A stretch of 63,723 nucleotides of DNA, the filler included, from Chrysochromulina tobinii (taxonomy: Eukaryota), in assembly GCA_001275005.1 (NCBI GenBank). It is 8 parts of 8 records of this genome, joined end to end, with 100 filler letters (N's around TTAATTAATTAA, not from the genome) between each part and the next. Parts side by side here need not be neighbours in the genome. Positions count along the whole stretch, not along the records: positions 1 to 14,141 come from JWZX01000175.1; positions 14,242 to 20,776 come from JWZX01000176.1; positions 20,877 to 30,034 come from JWZX01000177.1; 5 more parts are not named here. One strand, written 5' to 3'. A model generated the notes under the pieces. The model saw nothing but the letters and a program-made list of their open reading frames with translations, was not told where the DNA came from and ran no database searches. Every line of letters starts with the position of its first letter. The stretch's first letter is position 1. The translations under genes and the position numbers were made by a program. Shown in pieces: positions 10,913 to 22,168 of this stretch.

Positions 10913-13197
10913 TCATCCATGCGACTGCGACTCGTCCTTCCCAGTCTCGCCCTCATAGGCATTGGACTTGTGCTTGGGTGTGAAGCTGAAGCCCTTGGGC
11001 ACTGGTCCAAGGAGTAGCTCCGTAATCTTCACCCAGTCCGAGCTCTCCCGGGAAGCCATCAGAGTCTCCAAGTCATTACGCCCGCGGAAGGCCGGCGGCC
11101 GGTCTTGAATACGCGCGGGAAGGCGCTCCAAGAGCCCGACAGGCACGTACCGGTAGAGGAACGAGAGCCACTCAAGCAGGAACTTGCGCACGTTCGCCAC
11201 GCCCTTGTCGTCCGTACCCCAGTGTTCGAGGCCGTAGCGTGTGAACGTCTTCAGGATGTCGAGACGCTCAGAGGCTGAGATGTCCCAGTGGCGTCGCTCC
11301 TTAATCTCAGTGAACAGCCATGGCTTGATCAGTGCGCCACGAGCCACCATGACCGCGGAGACCTGCCCGCCGCCATCCTGGCCCTCCCACGCCGACACCG
11401 CGTCCTCGAAGCTGAACACGTCGCCGTTGCCCGTGAACGCGAAAAAGTTAGGCGCTGCGGCCGCGCGGGCGGCCGCCTCGGCCGCGTTTGCCTCGGCATC
11501 CTCCTCGGAGGCGGCTTTGGCCGCCGCGGCCACCTCGGCAGCCGCGTCGGCCGATTGGCTGGCTGACCACTCGGTGACAGCAAGCTGCTTGCGGCAGTCG
11601 GCCGCGATATCGGCGCAGCGGCGGATGAAGCCCCAGTCCGCATTCTTCGTGTAGCGTTGCTGGCGCGTGCGCCCGTGCAACGTCACCGCCGAGGCGCCCC
11701 ATCCAGGGAGACGCGGGATCAGCTTGTGCGCGTTCGGGCAGTCGTTGTCATACCCGATTCGCATCTTGACCGTGAGAGGGCAGTTGAGAATACTCGACAT
11801 GCTGCGCACCACCATCTGGACGCGCCCCGCGCGCTGCGCCAGCGACGCCCCCATCCCCTTGTTACACACGGAGTCGATCGGGCAGCCCATGTTGATGTCC
11901 ACAAAGTCGAGAGTGCAATGCTCGTTGAGGAGCTGCGCCACGCGCCCCATGTGCTGCGCGTGGTTGCCCGCGATCTGCACGCCAAAGAGATCTTCGCACG
12001 GGTGTCTACGAAGGAGTGCCCATTCCGAGGGAGATCCCTGGAGAAGGCTGGTCGCGAGCGCCATCTCGCCGCAAGTGATGTCGACGCCAAAGTCCTTGCA
12101 CACGCGGCGGAAGGGTAGGTTACCCACGGTCGTGAGCGGCGCCAGGTACAGCTTGCCCCCAAAGTCCAGACGCTGTGCGCGTCGAGACGGAGGCGCGTGA
12201 GGGGTGACGCGTCAGAGATGCATCGGAGATTTGTCAGAGTCACCAGTAAGCGGACAAGGGGATGCGGAGAGGGAGGCGACGGGTCGGGCGGGCGAGGATC
12301 CCATCGAGATCGAGATCGAGATCGACGTACCTTGCGCGGCCTGATCGAGACGTCATGAGCTCCATTCGCCAGTCGGTCACGATACGCTGCCATCGCGGCG
12401 TTGGCTGCCGCGGCGCTGCTGCTGCCGCCCGGGTCCCTCTCCGTCTCCTCCACAGCCACATCCTCTGCAGCCATGTCTGCTTCCGCTGCTTCCTCCACAG
12501 CTGGCGCCGCATGCGCGGCTTTCAAGCGTGCGCACCGTTCCTCATCGTCCTGCTCGTCGGCCGCGCCCTTAGTGCCCTGCTGCAGATGCTCATTCTTGCT
12601 GTTCACGTCATCGACGATTGCCGCCGCAATTCGATCGGTGGTCGCAAAGTCGTACTTGTTCTGCCGCAACTGCTTCGTGATCTCGAACGAGACGAAATTC
12701 ATCTCCTCATATGGAGGCGTTTCGACAGGCTTGCGCAGGCTAAGACCGCTCGGGTCCTGCAGATGGGAGCGGCCGAAGCGGCAAGTGACGCCGAACCGGC
12801 AATCGCCACGGAGCGTCCAAATCGGGCACTCCTCACCGAGGTCCTCGGGCCGTTGCGCAAAGTAGGCAGCGATGTCATGGCTGTAGCGGCACGCGTTGCC
12901 GTATCCGCAAGCCGACGTTTGCACGAAGGCAGAGCACATCTTCATACCCTCTTCGGGCTGTTCGTGCTTGAAGGGCTTGCGATGCTTGTTCATGCCACGC
13001 TGCCGTTTGTGTGGATTGCTGTCCTGAGTATCTGCATCAGCGCTCGGCCGCTCGTGTGTCGGCTTCTCGCCACTCGGGGCGGACGATTCGAGTTCGTGGG
13101 AGGTTGCACGCGGTACAAACGGCGCGGCGGCAGCTGGCGGCGGAGCCAAGTACTCGGCCTTGATGGGTGCGACGCCAGAAGCCAGTTGGCTTGTCAT
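10913..13197 (-). CDS. DUS3: tRNA-dihydrouridine(47) synthase; exons 13197-12331, 12172-10913
   Basis: GVAPIKAEYL, two CCCH fingers, spliced RK/RLDFGGKLYLAPLTTVGNLPFRR, DINMGCP, HGRTRQQRY, GNGD, FTPKHKSNAY. Confidence 0.95.
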
Positions 13198-13460
13198 TGC
13201 TCGACCTTTTTGTTCACGATGTGCCACACTACAGGTGCTCCGGCGGCGTCCACGCAGAGGGCGTCGTCGTCGCCTCTCGGGGCTTCATGGATCTCGCCAG
13301 GGCTGCAGACACGCCAACTCTTGGGTCCTCTGTACAAGTTTGGAGTACCGGTACGGGTTCGCTGGGGGCGGCCTCTTCTGAATCGGCCGCGGGGAGCGGT
13401 CGGCTCCGGGCCTGCGGCTCTTGAGTCGGCCGCGGCTTCGGTCGTCGCGCTGACGTGCGG

Positions 13461-13595
13461 GGTGTGTGTTGTTGGTGGGTTTGGATCATTGGATGGTTGT
13501 GAGGTTCGTCTGTGTGGTCCGTGTGCCTTTGTGCGTCCGCGTGTCCCGTGTGTCCCGTGTGTGTCCCGGCTCCCCCCGGTGTCTTTTTACCGGTA
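13461..13595 (-). mobile_element. Copy of a dispersed repeat whose minus strand begins TACCGGTAAAAAGACACCGGGGGGAGCCGGGAC
   Basis: The reverse complement of 13561-13595 matches 50789-50822 on a different contig. Confidence 0.6.
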
Positions 13596-14000
13596 TGGGT
13601 GTTGGTCGGCCCCTTCCCGACCGAGGCTCCGACCGAGACTAAGGTCGCCCTCGCCCTAACAAGGACGCACACAAAGGGTTCAAACGCATAAACGCAAAGC
13701 CAACACAACTTTACTGAGTACTCACTCGCTCGGGCTACTCAAATTCACAACGAGCGACCTTTCCCACTCAGCCCCGACCGACCGACCGACTCGGTAGGGA
13801 TTTTCACCCGCGGCAAACTTGGGTCGGCGGGTGACAGGCAGCGACACAAAAGATAAAAGCAATTTGGAGAAAAGTTGGCTGCAGCGCGGCCAGGACGAAG
13901 GCCAGGAGCTTCTAGGAGCCGCGTGCCACCGTGCCATAACGCGCAAATCCAATTCACATTATATTAGTGAACGTAAGCCGCTTCATCGCTTGAGCCCTGG

Positions 14001-14107
14001 CCTCGACAACTCGACAGGAAACTCGACAGGAACTCGACAGGCTACTCGACAGAATAGCTCTTGATAGCTCGACAGCTACTTGACAGACCTCGACAGACCT
14101 CGACAGA
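14001..14107. repeat. Cluster of ~9 CTCGACAG-like short direct repeats at a contig end
   Basis: ctcgacaa/ctcgacag/cttgacag motifs spaced 9-20 bp apart. Confidence 0.75.
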
Positions 14108-14141
14108 AACCCCCCTGACTACATGTGCCGGCGGCGTCAAG

Positions 14142-14241
14142 NNNNNNNNNNNNNNNNNNNNNNNNNNNNNNNNNNNNNNNNNNNNTTAATTAATTAANNN
14201 NNNNNNNNNNNNNNNNNNNNNNNNNNNNNNNNNNNNNNNNN
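14142..14241. other. Artificial contig linker (N44-TTAATTAATTAA-N44)
   Basis: Identical 100-bp linker with stops in all frames, occurring 7 times in the window. Confidence 0.99.
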
Positions 14242-15236
14242 AACGCTCGACACGAAGCGCGTTCGCGATTGGCGAGGGCCGCCGGGAAATCGACTCAATC
14301 GGACTGCTTTCAGCAGACCAGTGCTGGGACCAGGAGATGCAGAAGGAATCCGAATAGGCAATCACACAGATGCCGGTTCACACTCGAGAACTTCCTCAAA
14401 GACCATCCCACAAGGTGGATGGCAGCGGTCGACTGGCCGCTATATTAAACAGCCCCGTCGAACAGCCCCGCGTGGCAAAACCATAGTCCATACTCCCGCG
14501 TCCACGAGGTTGGCAACGTAATAGTCAACGTTACCCGCCTCCCAATATATACCTTAGGAATAGCTATTCAGACAGTCTAACGCTCACCGTATACCCCGGG
14601 CTCCCTAGCATGTGATATAACTTGAACTGACCACTTATTAAAACACCGAAACATGCTGATGAGATATAACCGTTGACAATGCCTTCTTCTCCGCTCTCCC
14701 CCGGTCCGCCCACTGCTACCTCCGCCCATCTGAAGATGCTCACACATCCGCGATCGCCGATCCGGGTGCGTCCCGGAAAGCAGAAGCAGAATGAAGGCAA
14801 ACACGGACATTCAAACCTCCATCTCACTCATCCTGCCCACCTGCCCTGCGCCGATGTCGTCCTCTGCCCAGCGCACGCATACGCACATGCGGCCCACCTC
14901 GTCGCACGCCTCCGCCTCGAGCCAGTGGAGACGGCGCTGCATCGGGCGCTGCTGGTGTGCCGGCCCGCCGCTACCGCCCGCGCTCGCGCCCGTGGGCTGG
15001 CGCTGTGTTGGGCGCGCCCTTTTGAGTGCCCCGCCCGACACTGCACTGGCGCCGCTCCCAAGGGTCTGCTTGAGCGACGATGGCTGGGATGACAGCCGAT
15101 CCGACGATGATGGCGGGAAGTCATGCAGGTGGAGGCCGAGAGCCCGTACATCGGCGGCGCGCAGTGAGAAGCCAGAGAGAATCGGAGGGTTTCGAAACTT
15201 GCCCTGCACCTTGCCCTGCTCGCACATGTAACTTAC

Positions 15237-16925
15237 ATGCCCCTTGACACTCACGTCGATCCAGAAGCCGTCGACTCCTTTGTGCGCGCCGCGAGCCCTT
15301 CACTTGTGTACGGCAACCTGTTCCACAATGTCAGCGGCCGCGGCAACCCGAAACCATGGTGCCATTCAACGCACGGCAGTGCGTTCCGGCTCCAATTCAG
15401 CTGGTTTACGGGCGGCAGCGGCTTGCTCATCCCGGGCTCCGTGGTCAACATGTTGACAGCCAACGTGAGCAATGCCATCACGTGGGCGTGGGCGAGTGGC
15501 AGCTGCAAGTGTTTTGACGTGCCACTTGCGTGTGCGCTGACCGACCTTGGGGTCGGCTTCAGCCACCAGCCGACGCTCTTCCTCGATTCGTGCCTCTCGT
15601 GTGCCGATTGGCTGCCCACCGCTGAGCGGCGCATCCTCGCGTGCCACGCCGTCTCCGCCTTCCGTTCGTACAATGTACACGCAAAGCGCAAGGCGCGACG
15701 CGATCGCGAGTACGTCAGGGACCATTTCGCCATACGCAGTCCGCGTGGGTACCATTGGCCGTCGAATCTGAGCCATGTCGAGCCGATCGACCGCATGGAC
15801 GAGCTGCGCTCCAACCTGTGCGCACCGCGACCTCCAACGCATGCGAACACCGCCATCATTGCCAAAACGAGCACCCTTGGCCGCAGGCTCCACGCGCAGC
15901 ATACCAGCCGCGTGCAGGCGACAGCTCGCCTAGTCCAGTCCTTGGGCACGCTGCACGCGACGACGCTCAACCCGGACATTCAAGCCGCCTTGGGCGGGCG
16001 CTGTGGGCTCACGACCTGGAGCAGGGACGGCTTTGGGCACCAGCTCGCTGCAGCGCTCAGCTGCGAGGCGTGGGCGATGGCGAATGCAAGCTACATCTAC
16101 GTGCGCAGCAACCACACCGCCCTCGAGCACCACCCCAGCAATGCGAGCACCTTGCTCGGCTGGCTCAATCGGCACACAGGCAGCGCTGCAGAGCAGCACC
16201 AGCCTCTCAGCGTGCCAGAAGCCAGGTACCACAGCAACTGCCCCAAGAAGGTGAGCTCGTCCGGGGACTTGGTCCTGTTCCCAGCCTGCTCACCTGGCAT
16301 CATCACAGTCTGCGATAGTTGCTTTGGCTACGTCGCGCCGGAACGGGCGGAGCAGTTGCAGATACGCCAGAGGCTCGCAGCCAAGCTGCAGCAGAGTGTC
16401 GCCGCGTCCTTTGATCACGGCGAGGCCTGCCAGTCGCGACATTCGCACGTGTGCATCCACCTTCGCGGCCTGGGCGACCCCGGGCCGCGGACGACGAAGG
16501 ACGTCACCTCCATGTTTGCCGAGCGAGATGCGGACCGAAAGCGTCAGAAGCGATTCCCCGCGGCCTGGTGGCATGGGGCGCTCACAGCGGCTGCAGGTGC
16601 AGCTCTACGAAGCGCTGCACGTCGCTCCCCGGAAGCGCTTCTCGTCTCAGTCCACACAAACTCCAAGGCGCTGGCATCCACCATCTTTGGCAACCTTAGC
16701 AGGCTCGCCGACGGCACGCCGATCCAGCTGCGAACCTTCGACGAGAGCTTCCCGCTGCTGCAGCTGCTGCACGAGCTCCTCTTCTGTTGCGACGCACTCG
16801 TGACGAGCGACTCGTCTCTCTCTTGGGTGGCCTCACTCGGCACACGTGCCGTGGTGGTCGCATCGACGCCGAGCGAGAGCCACATTGGGTTCCACCACCA
16901 AGGGATCGTAGTACCTAGAGGCTAG
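15237..16925 (+). CDS. Two-domain glycosyltransferase-like protein: Fringe/GT31-like N-part and GT11/GT23 fucosyltransferase-like C-part (5' end uncertain, may include 14791-15230)
   Basis: N-part: LDTHVD..LVYGN..WFTGGSGLLI..DVPLACAL. C-part: DGFGHQL..VCIHLRGLGD..CDALVTSDSSLSWVASL. Confidence 0.55.
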   Translation: MPLDTHVDPEAVDSFVRAASPSLVYGNLFHNVSGRGNPKPWCHSTHGSAFRLQFSWFTGGSGLLIPGSVVNMLTANVSNAITWAWASGSCKCFDVPLACALTDLGVGFSHQPTLFLDSCLSCADWLPTAERRILACHAVSAFRSYNVHAKRKARRDREYVRDHFAIRSPRGYHWPSNLSHVEPIDRMDELRSNLCAPRPPTHANTAIIAKTSTLGRRLHAQHTSRVQATARLVQSLGTLHATTLNPDIQAALGGRCGLTTWSRDGFGHQLAAALSCEAWAMANASYIYVRSNHTALEHHPSNASTLLGWLNRHTGSAAEQHQPLSVPEARYHSNCPKKVSSSGDLVLFPACSPGIITVCDSCFGYVAPERAEQLQIRQRLAAKLQQSVAASFDHGEACQSRHSHVCIHLRGLGDPGPRTTKDVTSMFAERDADRKRQKRFPAAWWHGALTAAAGAALRSAARRSPEALLVSVHTNSKALASTIFGNLSRLADGTPIQLRTFDESFPLLQLLHELLFCCDALVTSDSSLSWVASLGTRAVVVASTPSESHIGFHHQGIVVPRG

Positions 16926-17301
16926 GAAGCTCGCCCGTATAAGTAAGTAAGTAAGTAAAACACGGGCTTGACCCCCTCTCTGTGCTCTCCGCATTCCCCT
17001 AGGCCCGATGGATACCTTCACGTGAGTTCTCAGTTCACAGCCGCGTAACTTTCTGACTTGACTTGATTTAACTTTGGGCGTCAATTAGTCAAGTTAAGTC
17101 ACTTCTTATACACAAATGACAACCTATTACAGGAAGCCTATCGAATATACTCTCGTGGCGAGTAGTGGAGGTGACTTGGCTTGACTGCACGCTGGCAGTC
17201 ACCATGGGGCACCTTACGACTGTTAGCGTGTTAGGGGCGAAGGGACCTTCCCGAATCTGGGAATCCGAATTAGGAATCCTACCTTTTGCGGCAAGGCAGC
17301 A

Positions 17302-20300
17302 ATGGCGGGGTTGCTTGTGGCCTCTCTCCTCTGCGTGAGCGGCGGGTGGAGTGGTGATCGGCCCGGCCGCTCTCAGCGCTGGCGAGGCACCAGCGGCGGT
17401 GGCGGTGGCGGCGGCAGCAGCAGCAGCAGCAGTCACGGCGACGGCAGCAGCGGCAGCGGCCTCCTGTGGGACCCATCCTCCAACATCTGCCTGCTGACGA
17501 TCATGACGCAAGAGCGGAGGGCATCGTTGCATCGGCTGCTCGCCACATGGGACGGCTACATCTCCATCGCGTTGCTCGTGGACGACTATGACGCTGCTGT
17601 GGCAGAGGGCTTGGGCGTCCTTCGCTACCGTGGCAAGTATCCGCCCGCAACGGAGCGAATCACGCTCTCGATTGTCGAGGATAAAGGCTACCGCGCACCG
17701 CTCAACCGCTTCCCGTACAATGTGCTGCGGAATACCGCCCTGCGCGGGTGCACCGCGGACTACGTGCTCGCCGCCGACGTCGACTTTGTTCCTTTCCCGC
17801 CGAGGCCATCGGCCAACCTGCGCCGTAGCCTGCGCGAGCTCGACGTGCGCGAAGGCGCGAGCAACGTGCTCGTGCTCGCGGCGTTCGAGGCGATGGACCA
17901 CGCGGTGGGCCCCTCCGACGCCCAGGACAGCGCTCTGCACGCCCGAAGGCAAGCCCACGCCACGCTCGGCGCTGCGATGCCCGAGGGCGATCAGTCGCAG
18001 TTGCATGACAAGGGGTTTGTGGGGGCGGGCAGCCGCAGCGGAATAGCAGCGGCGGCGCCGGGACGGCGGCTCAGTGCCCTCGAAAGCAACAGCAGTAGTC
18101 CCAGTGGCCTCGGCCCGAGCGAGGACCCGTATCTCGACAAGGCCAAGCTGCTCTCCAGCGTGCGAGCCAACACTATCGTCGGATTTGCGTCGCGTGAGTA
18201 CGACGCGGGCCACCGGTGCGACCACGTGCACACCTTCCTCCAAGCGACCGCGCCGTACGAGGTGCAGTATGAGTTTGGATGCGAGCCGTACACGGTGGTC
18301 CCCCGGTGAGCACGCTGCCCTCCTGACGACACGCGTCCTGACGAGCGCGCGCCCTCCTGACGAAACGCGTCCTGACGAGCGCGCCCCCCCTTCCCCTGCA
18401 GCGGCATGGCGCATGAGTACGAGGAACGCTTCGTAGGCTATGGAAAGGACCGCGTGAGCTGGAACTACGAGCTCGCGGCGAAGCGGGTGCGCTTCTGGGT
18501 GCCACCCGACGCATTCCTCGTCCACTTCGAGACGCACGATCTCGAGGAGGCCAGCGCAGGTGGCGGTGGCGGCGACGATGCCGCCGCCGCCGGTGGCGGC
18601 GGCGGTAGCAGCGGTAGCGGCGGCACCGGCGGCACTGGCGGCTCCGGCAGCCGTGTTCGCCCGAAGAAGCAGTATGGCCACCACCCTACTGACTGGATGC
18701 TCGGGGAGTCGTGCTGGCCGTCCTTCCGCGATCGTGTGCAGGCGCAGTACAACTTTAGCGTGTACACGTGCCATCAGACGATGATCGACGGGCTGCACCG
18801 CGGTCGCTTCGAGGCATGCGCGTCCGAGACGGAGCGCGTGTGCGTGCGTCCCTTTTGCACGCCGCGGACCACGGTGCTCGCCCACCCGCTGCCCCCAACT
18901 GCCGGGCGCCCTCCTCGTGTCAGCGCCTACCCGGCACGCAACTTGACGTCCTACCCGGATGAGCTCACCACGACGCTCGCTGTCAGTACGCTCGCCGGCG
19001 GCGCTCGAGCCGAGATGACGAAACCCGAGATGACGTACCGGTACCCGGGGCCGCGCCTGGTGATGCTTGGCTGCGAGGGCTGTGGGATCCCGGAACTTTG
19101 GCGGATCCTCGTCGCGGCCCGTGCCCCCGCTGGCAGGCTGCAGGTCGCACTGACGAACCCTGGAGAGCCGTCGTGGCGCGACCGGCAAGTGCACTTTTTC
19201 GACCACGAGAACAGGTTCGCCCTCGGGTCGACTTGGTACATGCAACGATGGCCACGCGCCATGTCCCCTACCGCCGCCGCCGCCGCCGCCGCCGTCTCCT
19301 CCACCGTCTCCTCCACCGTCTCCGCGGCCGCCGCCGAGCGCCCCATGGGGATGGACGGCTCGGGCACGTACATACACTCGCCCGACGCCGCGTTGCGCCT
19401 GCCAGCGACGCTCTCCGCCACCACGACGGCGCTACTGCTCGTCCTGCGCGACCCCACTGCGCGGGCGGTGCGTCGGCTGCGCGAGCTCATGCGCCGAGGC
19501 AAGCAGTCAATGTCCGACGCGGCGGGCGATAGGGTGGACCAACGCGCCGTCGTGGGCGAGGGGGGGCTCGCCGCTAAGCTCCTTTTCGAAACCGATGCGC
19601 TCTCCACGTGCTTTGAGGCTGCGATGGACTCAGCGATGGACGCTAAGCCGCTCCCGTCGCCGCCACCGCCCTCGTCTGTCGACCAGACGCAGCTTGGCCA
19701 GGGGCCGCAGGCTATTCACACTCCCGTTCACAGGCAGCTTGGCCAGGGGCAACAGGCCCCGCGACGGCGGCGTGGACGCGGCGGCACCGGCATGGCGCCG
19801 GCGACGGAGCAGGCGGCGGCGGCGGCAGCGTGGCGACGGCGGCTGAATAGCCCGCAGCAGCAGCCTGTGAACGGGAGTGTGAATGACCAGCAGCAGCAGC
19901 TGCTGCCGCAGGCCTCTCCCGCAAGAGGCCCAGCGGCGCCAACCGGGCGTACACTGACAGCGAAGGCCTGGGCACGCTGCGTGGCGACCGTATGTGGATC
20001 CCGTGCATGCATGAGCGGTACGGGCGTCGATCACCCCTCGTGCATGCAAGGGCTCACCACGACGCCCCTTCCACTTCCCCACAGGTACGGGCGTCTATCA
20101 CCCCCAGCTGGCCGTATGGGCAAGGGAGGCGGGCCACTTCCGCTGGATGGTGCTGCCAGGAGAAGCGCTGCGCACGCACGCGTCCGATGGCCTCGCGCAC
20201 ATCTTCGCCTCGCTCGAGCTGCCGCCGCCCCCCGGGATGCACTGCCTCGCCGCGCAGCTGCAGGCATGGCTCACTGCCAGCCGCGACAAGACCAACGAGA

Positions 20301-20714
20301 GCAGTCGGGTGGCGCCCGAGACGACGCTCGATCCCAATCTGGTCGATCCAGATCTGATCGGGCTGAGCTCGACCGTCTCGCGTCTGCTCAAGGCCTTTTT
20401 CGCGCGGTACAATGCGCTGCTCAAAGGAACCCTTTAGGAACCCTTGGACCTGCCTTGCATGCACGCGCTCACCACGGCGTCCTGTTCCCCACAGGTACAA
20501 TGCGCCGCTTCGCCCGCTCGTGCACGCCCTCGACCCCGCGTCCGACCCCCTCTGGCAGAGCGTCCTCTGGGTCCCGGCGACGAGCGCGGCGATTGGGAAT
20601 GCCGCGGGCGCCGTCGGCCTTGACGAACTCCAGCGGGCGGCCGAAGCGCTGCGAACCGAGCTCGCCAAGGGTGCCGTCGACGGCGTCCGCACCGCCGAGG
20701 GCGAAAACATGGAG

Positions 20715-20761
<47 letters not shown>

Positions 20762-20776
20762 AAGCGGCGGCGGCGG
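17302..20776 (+). CDS. GT49 (LARGE/B4GAT1-type glucuronyltransferase) fused to a sulfotransferase-like domain, 3'-partial; exons 17302-18305, 18402-20017, 20085-20406, 20495->20776
   Basis: GT49 motifs: WDGYISIALL, FPYNVLRNTAL, DVDF, EPYTV, YEERFVGYGKDRVS, AFLVH. Sulfotransferase motifs: VHFFD, WYMQRWP, DGSGTY, LVLRDPTARA, GVYHPQL. N-terminal signal/anchor. Confidence 0.8.
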
Positions 20777-20876
20777 NNNNNNNNNNNNNNNNNNNNNNNN
20801 NNNNNNNNNNNNNNNNNNNNTTAATTAATTAANNNNNNNNNNNNNNNNNNNNNNNNNNNNNNNNNNNNNNNNNNNN
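20777..20876. other. Artificial contig linker
   Basis: N44-TTAATTAATTAA-N44. Confidence 0.99.
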
Positions 20877-21588
20877 GGCGCGCGCGGACTCGGCGGCCGT
20901 GCAAGCGCCGCCGCAGCCGCCGCCGCCGCAGCCGCCGCAGCCGCCGCCGCAGCCGCCGCCGCAGCAGTGGCCGCAGCAGGCGACGGAAGGCGCTTCCATA
21001 CAGCCGCAGCAGTGGCAGTGGGCGGCGCCGTCGCAGCCGCTGTCGCAGCCGCTGTCGCAGCCGCCATCCTCCGGCGCCTCGATGGACCCCAATCAGGAGA
21101 CCGGACAGCTTGGGAGCCTCACATGGCAGTCGCAGCTGCAGCTGACCCCGGCACCAGGTCCAGTTCTCGCTCCGTACCCGCCGCCAGGGGATGGCGGTTG
21201 GTGCGGCTGCACGGGAGGTGCATCGACCGTATCCTGCGCTGGCAGCGTGCAGCCTGATCGCATGCAGCCTGATGGCATGCAGTCCTTGTTGGCAGTTCCA
21301 CAGGAGGATGTCGATGACGAAGCGGCGCCGCCTCGCGCCAAGGCGCCCGCGACGGCGCCAGGAGGGGAGGACTATGAAGAGGACGAGGAGGAAGGCGAGG
21401 TCTACGACGACGAGGACGACGAGGACGACGAGGACGAGGACGACGACGAGGAGGACACGGCCGCGGCAGTGGGGACCAAGCGCGTAGCCAAATTCGAATG
21501 GGACGCTGAGGGCGTCGTGCTGAGCGCGGAGGGCGTCGTCACGGGCGTCGGCCCAGGGCCCGTCCCCAAGCGCCCCGCACTGGCGTGA
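20877..21588 (+). CDS. 3' fragment of a low-complexity Pro/Gln-rich, acidic-tailed protein
   Basis: Open frame from the contig edge to TGA at 21588, ending in a KRPALA NLS-like tail. No recognisable domain. Confidence 0.45.
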
Positions 21589-21986
21589 GGACGTGCCTCC
21601 ACCACGTGCCGGCTACACTGTAGTGGGGTGTTCGTGGTTCTTCGTGGTCGTTGCGTCGCACGTGCCGGTCGGGCCGGAAGTGCGGTAAACTGCCGGACGA
21701 GTCGGATTCGCGCGTGAACAGTCACGGCCTCACGGTGAAAGCGCGACTCTGCTTCGGTCTACTCAAGCGTCAAGTCCAATCCGGGGTGCCCCATCTAACG
21801 GAATTAAGTGTCCCATCTAACGGGATAACAATTGTTACATCTACCCGGTGGTGCATTTGTCCCGTTTCTCTCATTATTAGTCTGTCTGAGGCTCGAGCCT
21901 GCGCTGCGCCCATCCCGGCGTCCGACCCGGGCGACGGCGGAGGCCGATGGAACTTGGGAGATCCGATCTCGGACCTGGGACGAGGC

Positions 21987-22112
21987 TCATGCGAGGGGGC
22001 CGCTGGCGGCCTGCCGCGACGGGCGACGGGGCGACGGCATCGGCGACGGCGTCAACGCGACGCCGTCGGCGACGGCGGTGGCTTCTGCGGCGGGAGTGTT
22101 GCTGGCGGTGGC

Positions 22113-22168
<56 letters not shown>

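Noticed and set aside
14142..14241. TTAATTAATTAA palindrome within N runs (7 occurrences)
   Set aside because: Identical artificial linker with stops in all six frames; not biological. ORFs ending in X..LIN are artefacts.
17089..19377. 762-aa minus-strand ORF (likewise 12262-13659 +, 33782-36196 +, 45773-47920 -, 55669-57339 +)
   Set aside because: Antisense or alternate-frame shadows of real genes caused by high GC3; no domain motifs.
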